This document shows positions 56,821-64,000 of a stretch of 64,000 bases of DNA, piece after piece. Positions within the stretch are counted from its first letter, which is position 1. Each line of letters opens with the position of its first letter. Source of the DNA: the human T2T-CHM13v2.0 reference genome, Homo sapiens. The notes under the pieces are model-generated. The model worked only from the letters and a program-made list of their open reading frames with translations, was not told the DNA's origin and made no database searches. Made by a program: the position numbers and the translations under genes. Location of the stretch: the NCBI RefSeq assembly GCF_009914755.1, contig NC_060930.1. One strand, given 5' to 3'.

Positions 56821-58826
56821 TAGGAACATAAAATGAATGCAATAGAATCATGTGACATATATAATTGATTTGTGGGGATCATGTGGGATTTTAACTTCCT
56901 TTTAAAGTACTGCTTTTATGGAAAAATGCATTCTGAGTTTTAACAAATCAACTTCCAATTAAGTAACTGTGCTTATTCCAATGTTTAGCACAGAATCTAG
57001 CATGGGATAGCTGATCAATAAATATCCGTTGAAAAGATATGACTTTGGAAACACAACCCATTGGTGAACTGGTAACACTTGTCTGCAATCTAATCCTTCC
57101 CTCAAGGAACTTTCAGTGGAAAAGATGACATATGTCAAAAATGTTATTTGTTATCAACAGAAGAAAGTACACAATAAAATGGTAAATTAAATATCATCAA
57201 GAGCACCAAAAATTAAGTGTAGCCATTAAGATTAAGGGCAACCAGGGGAAAGATATAGCAACTATTGCCAGAGTGTGTATTGTTAGAAAGTTCAAATGAA
57301 AGTCGAATCCCCCCTCCCATAAAAGCAGCAATCAAACTATCATATTATTTTATAAAAATATAACTTAATAAACTGTGAAATTGAGAAGAATTCTGTGTAG
57401 TGTTTAGGTATATGTTTAAAAATATCAATGACAAATATATCCTAAATCAAGCTGGTATTGTTAACATGCAGATAAATATTTTTTTGGCCATCTCCTTGCA
57501 ATATGTGTTAGAATTTCATCAGCCATAATTTTAAGAAAACTATTTCTTAGTTTGAGGAACCCAAGTAATGGACAATATGCTAGATGTAGCTTTAGTTCTT
57601 TATTGCAGAGCAAGGCCTGGTCATGTTGGAGTAGGCCATTGCCTTTAAGTAATGAATTGAACCTAGGAAGCCTCTTTTGCCTCAAAATTTATTTCCTGTT
57701 CTACTATCTCTCTGGGTGGAACTTTACTATTAGATATTTATTCCTTTGGGTCAGCATATGTATTCTTTTGAAAGGCTAGTTATTCTTCTCTTAATATAAA
57801 AAAAACCCTCAGATTCATTTTTCCTTTACAATGAAATCTGGTCATTCAGAGGATATATTAACATAAAATCAGCAATTAATACTTGCGGTGTACTGGACAT
57901 TACATAAACATCTGGGTTACAAAGTGGCCTCCTTTTTAGAGGCCATAATTGAGTGGGAAGACACAGTTAAACACTGTGGGAAGTGTTATAGGCATAGCAA
58001 TCCTTATTCACATACTAGGTAGGAAGGAGTGAGTATTTTGTGAGGATATGGAATTCTGGCATAGGAAAGATGGCAAAAAGAAGGCACTGAGTTTTGGTGG
58101 GAAGAAACTTCTAGTATAGGGCATAGAGAAAGATACGGCAAGTTGAAGAGGACATGGATCACATTTTAATTATTTCAAAATAATGTTTATAAGTAGGAGC
58201 TTTTATAAAATAATCTCTTAAATTGAGAAATTTGTGTAACATTTGTTTTAAATTTAGAATTGATTGTAGTCAATTAATAACCTTTGAGAACACAATGTGT
58301 AATACAAATGTTACAAGATACCTCTAAATATTGTGGTGATCTCACTCTTGTTCTCCTCCATCTCCCAAATACATAACAGATGAAGGTAAAGTGACAGACA
58401 TGTACACAAATGATGGTAATAATTGTATGATTTCCAGTTACTCATGACTGACAAACTGTCACAACATTCTTTGCTTGTTTCCAAATACTCTTCTTCATGT
58501 CAGCAACAATTTCCTGTGCAAAATACCAGAGCAATTTCTCTTACGAATCAATCTCACAGTCATCACCCAGACATTATTTCTAAATAATTTTCAGTATTAA
58601 CCCCTAAGTCCTGATGGCAAAAGTCCTCAAGCTATGTGATTGTGTGCTTTGATTTGTCAATAAATCCAGCTCCCAGCACCATCTTCAGCCATAGATCACA
58701 TTTATGTGATAGTCAGCCTCTAGGAAATCACTATGCATGACCTGAAGGCTGAAGGACTTGAGTGTCAAAGCACTTGCAAGATTCTCAGTGGTCTTTTAAA
58801 GTAGGAATCATGTTATCATGGGACCA

Positions 58827-59029
58827 CATGGTTTCTTAACCTTGGTACTTATTGTACATTTTGAGCCAGATAATTTTACATTGAGGGGGGCTGCCTTTAA
58901 CAGCATCCCTTTCCTCTAGCCACTAGATACCAAAGCACCTCCTGCCCTCAAGTTGTAACAATCATAAATGTCTCCAGACATCGAGAATAACCTCTGGAAA
59001 ACAAAATTGTCCTGAGCTGAGAACCACTG
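58827..59029. mobile_element. MER20 hAT DNA transposon
   Basis: tttaacagcatccct...ccactagatacca...aatgtctccagacat...gagaaccactg. Confidence 0.85.
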
Positions 59030-59429
59030 GGCTACGCACCAATATCCACTCTTCAGTAATGTAATTGATACTGTTCGTAGGTCGATTTTATAGTGCTGTG
59101 TGGCGTGAAAAGGAAGCCTACACATGACTCAGTGAGAAAGAATGGACAGCCCAACAGATCAACACCCACGGCCAATGATACATCAGAACACACTTCATCA
59201 CAGATGACAGGAGGAAAGTGAAGTGGGAGGTGAATGATGTGGTATGATTCAATAGATTTCTTTTTGTGTGTGACATTTACTTTTTCTTCTTTTAAAAGTA
59301 ACACGTGTTCATTATATAGAAAAGGAACCAATATACAAGTATAAGAAGGAAAAAGAAAAATAGCCCTAATATCACCACCAAGAGATAATGGTTATTGCTG
59401 TAAATTATATTATTTTTTCTAGTAGTCGC

Positions 59430-59830
59430 TACTTCTCCATGTGATGTGTGGGGTCCTCCTTGTGAGGGGATTGTTCCTGCTGCTCCAGTAAAGTGAGTCT
59501 TGTCTATGGGACCTGCTTTGGCCAATGAGATGTGATGGAAATGATGGGCTGCTTCTGAGTGCAACCTTTAAAAGTCAGCACTTCGTTTCTCTTTAGCTTT
59601 TTTCTCTTGACCGTGCGAAGAACAAAGCACTGAAAAATGGCTGTTACTTTGTACAAATAAGTAGAACAAAGAAGACTCAAAACAGAGCTACAACTGACAT
59701 GAAACTAGAGCAAGAATTAAACCTTTATTAGTGTAAATCACTATAAATCACTCCCAAATACATAACAGATGAGGGTATAACAGATGAAGGAATTCTGGGA
59801 TTATTTGTCACTGCAGCATAACCCCATAAA
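59430..59830 (+). mobile_element. MLT1I/J-like LTR carrying a complex insertion
   Basis: acctgctttggccaatgagatgtga; agaattaaaccttt; tttgtcactgcagcataacc. Confidence 0.7.
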
Positions 59831-61077
59831 AAACTTATAGTATATTTTATTCTAGTCTTTTATGTACATATGTGTATATATAAGAATAAGATATATATTA
59901 TTTAATATAGTAACATTTCTATATAAATATATTTTTCTACTATTGAAATAATTTTCATGTTATAATCTTTGTGATTTATTTTTTCTCTTTATAATTTTCA
60001 ACTATAATTCTTCATGTCTTTCAAAGATTTGTACACTATAACTCAGGAGGATGGTATGTAAGATACGTAGGAAGAGAGAATATATTGGCAAAATGATATC
60101 ACCTTATATTTTAGGTACATACAGGCTTATCTGTAGTTTAGAAAGAAATAGAATGTGTCATACTTAGCTCCTGACTGATATTGCTTTGGTCACATTTCTC
60201 TGTGATGTTTCTCTGTCATTATTATTACTTCTAACAATTTCCCATATAGTACATGGGAACAGTGACAAATTGAGTTCTTTGGCAGCAGTTATAATTACCG
60301 TATATTTATGTGAACAAATGTGTTTGTTTTATCTTCATGATTCAGTATAAATTATTGAAACAGAAATGAGATTTTAGAAGCTGGGATGGCTGTTTGGGTG
60401 TCAAACAAGTTAAACTTGACAATAAGGCATGTGCTTTAAGTTTCCTTGGTTTGTCGCACTGTTTACTCTGGCGGCAGGGCTGTTCTTAAGTCAAGCTTTC
60501 TTGCTCTCCCCCATAAACTGTTACATGGTAGACTGATGTCAGCCAATCCTGAAGGAAATATCTGGAAACAGCACATTTATTTTCAATCTGATGCTGACCA
60601 GTCATGCCTCCAAGTGCCTCATTAGACTATGTGGAAAAGTTTTCAAAGACTTGGAGAATATCATCATGTGGGCCACCAAAATTTAAATATTTGATAGATA
60701 GACCATGATAATTTAAGTGTGGTTTTGCAAAGTAGGCTATTACGATGTATGTAGCTCAGGGCCTCAAGATGTTGATCAGTTTAACTGTATCCTAAAGAAA
60801 TGACTTACCAGATGATAAGAAATATATTTTACTGAGTTTATCATGTTTTACGTTGGCTATTTTAGTTGATGGCCTTGATGTTTGAGTCTTGGCTAAGCAC
60901 AAAAAGCACCTCTTTTTTGTGTAACAAATACAAATACAGAGGTGTGTGTATTTGTTATCTTTATTTGCTGTGTGACTGTGTCAGACAGCTTCTCAGTTAA
61001 ATGGGAACTTAGACAAGAACAGTTCTTTGAAGGCTCAGATAATTTCTTGAACAAAATGAGAGCTTATTTGTTATTCA

Positions 61078-61441
<364 letters not shown>

Positions 61442-61612
61442 GTATAGTTTCTAGGTTCTGCTATGTTCTTTAACATCACTCTAGTTGGGTGCTTCTGGTC
61501 ATTTCTAGCCACAATTCTCCACGAAACTAAGTGTTTCAGTTCATTCATTTATTTGTTCAAAAAATGTTTGTGGACAATGTACTATTTTCTAGTTTCTGAG
61601 GTTACAGTAGGG

Positions 61613-61673
61613 TTTGATAAGAACTATAGAAATCCATGCCTTTGATAAGAACTATAAAAATCCATGCCTTTGA
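61613..61673. repeat. 28-bp tandem duplication
   Basis: tttgataagaactata(g/a)aaatccatgcc x2, then tttga. Confidence 0.92.
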
Positions 61674-61879
61674 AAATAATAACACTTACATATGTTGTAC
61701 ATTGTGGCTTATTGAAATATTTAAGTTCACGATGTCATTTGATTCACAACCCTGTGATGTAGAGAAGACAGGATTGTCTGTATTTTATAACTTAGACAGC
61801 TGATTGTTATGTTTTTAAGTACAATTGTTTACTTATTATAAACTAGCGTCATGAATTGGAATTTTATCTATATGCTACT

Positions 61880-62420
61880 AACAAAGTTGACCTATACAAT
61901 AGTGACCTCAGTGAAGTGGTGGATGGAAGAATCACTGGGTGAGGAGACAGGAAGGTGAGGGGGTAGAGACAATGACTATTTAGAGAACTCTTTTGAGGAA
62001 GTAGGGAATTGGGGGGAAGCTGAAGGAGGACCTGAAGCCCAGGGAGGTTTTTCTCAAGACATTTTGGAAGCACGTTTACATGGTGATAAGAATGAGCCAG
62101 TAATAATGAAAGAATTGATGATGCAGGAGAGAGGGAGGGGACAATTGCAAGAAAAAGTCTCTGAAAAAGCTCAAGAGGGGTGAGATTGGGGTATAAAATA
62201 GCCTTAAAAGAGAGAAGGAAGATTCAATTCAGTTTAATAGGAGGAAGACAAAGGATACAGATATGGATAGGTAGGCTGGTAAATTTGATGGAAAATGACA
62301 TGGTTCTCATTTAATCAATTCTCTTTTCTCAGTGAAATAAGAGACACACTAGCTAAGAGTGGGGAGCACGCAGATGGTGCTTAAGTTATAAGAGGAAAGG
62401 AAAAGATGTAAAACCATCAT
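61880..62420 (-). mobile_element. L2 fragment
   Basis: Purine-rich L2 antisense: agcacgtttacatggtgataagaatgagccagta; cttttctcagtgaaataagag. Confidence 0.55.
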
Positions 62421-62453
62421 TGTATATCCAACTTTACATTTTTAATGTAGTAG

Positions 62454-62762
<309 letters not shown>

Positions 62763-63153
62763 TCAAGTTTCTATATAAAAATAAAAACACTTACCCCTAG
62801 AAATGTACATAATTGTAAAAATCCTCACTATTGTCCTTATTGTTCCTTTACTTTGTATCAGCCCACGGATGTTTTTATGCCTTAATGTCAGGTCGTATAT
62901 ATTAGTTGAACATCCTGTCTTATGAAGTAAATTTATGTTTTGCCAGATGTAAAAAGTACTTAATATGTCATACTTTAAAATTACTTTTAAAGATTCTGCT
63001 AGTTTTGAGATTCAAAATATTTGTTGAACTAATGGTGGTCATGTTTGTGCTTTGATGAACTCTGTAATGAAGTTTTATAATTTTGAGTGATAGTTCCTAT
63101 AAAATTTCAGCGAAATTTTTATATTTCTAAAAATGACATCAAGGTACAGGTAT

Positions 63154-63652
63154 TGTTTAGGTCACTTCTTCATATCATTTCTACATATCTTCCGACCATT
63201 TTTGTTTCAGACTACCTTTTCAAGGCTGTTGGCCATGCATGTTTGCAAACATCCCTGAAAGATAGAGATCCCTGTGGGATAGGTGGAAGATTTTCTTTCT
63301 GACTAGGATAATAAAGATAATAGCTCTCACTAGAAAAGGATAAGAAGACTTGTTAGCAGCCCTTATTAGATTAGGGTTTTCCTAAGTTTGGAATTCCTCG
63401 GTTACAACACAGACCAACTAACTCTGCGTAGCACTCACCTAGGTCTACCTGCATCACTCCCATGCCACTTGGGGGACAAGGTGGAACCAACGGGAGTGTG
63501 AAGCTCATGTTGCCTGCTGTGCTGTGAGTAACAGAGCCTTTTGCCTCTGACCCAGAAGTCTCATGTTTCTGACATTTACAGAACTGTGTCTAGCTAGCTA
63601 GTTAACTTACAAGTGGGGTCTAAACATCCCAGACCCTTTGCAGTTCCTGACA
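63154..63652 (+). mobile_element. ERVL solo LTR, LTR47-like
   Basis: gaagctcatgttgcctgctgtgctgtgagtaa...tctgacccag...cagaccctttgcagttcctgaca; 5' boundary approximate. Confidence 0.7.
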
Positions 63653-64000
63653 TTTCAAAAGCTACATCAGCACAGTCACTTAATATCATGGAAAAATGTA
63701 AGGCACTCTTTACTTATTCTTTGGAGTTCTGCTTTTACCTCGAATCTTTTTCCTTTTCTTTTTTCTTCCTTCTTTATTTTGTTATTTTTAATTTTCAGGA
63801 TTGAATTTAAACACCTAATTTTTTTATTCAACATTTAAGACACACATTTTGCTTTAAAGTCTTTCAGTAATAGTATTTAAATTGTTTCCTTGGCTTTTAA
63901 AAAGGACAACTTTTCTTAAATTTGTCTTTTCTAAAGGGTACTTATTTCAGAAAAATTTTCTTCTGGGTGGGAATAGTAATTGCTTCTGAGTCACAGCAAG

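Noticed and set aside
59090-59240. Possible exon (ttttatag...ggag/gtgaat) containing an AP-1 site tgactca
   Set aside because: Weak splice signals, an in-frame stop in the most plausible frame and no recognisable protein; a single AP-1 motif is insufficient
63239-63252. 14-bp palindrome atgtttgcaaacat (inverted FOX-like sites)
   Set aside because: 7-bp arms are expected by chance several times in 64 kb, and it lies inside an LTR

Overview
Primate (most likely human) non-coding genomic DNA, intronic or intergenic, AT-rich and Alu-dense. An Alu carrying all five AluYa5 diagnostic changes supports a human origin. I found no intact protein-coding gene or convincing coding exon; the ORF track mostly reflects Alu, L1, LTR or chance frames. 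Main recognisable elements: a full-length, disabled HMGB1 processed pseudogene (~18.8-20.0 kb, minus); a full-length, dead Hsmar1 mariner transposon (55.2-56.8 kb, minus) with an L1 3' end inserted inside one terminal inverted repeat; a 5'-inverted L1PA missing ~3.4 kb at the inversion (40.8-42.3 kb); several solo LTRs (MER34-like with nested MST, MLT1s, MER61-like, LTR47-like); ~25 Alus; MIR, L2, MER5 and MER20 relics. The most unusual non-catalogue signals are a complex templated insertion at ~59.75 kb copied from ~1.4 kb upstream and a perfect 27-bp palindrome at 35.35 kb. I see no evidence for a new multi-gene system. Repeat subfamily names come from recalled consensus sequences and need RepeatMasker/Dfam confirmation. 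I could not identify the locus.
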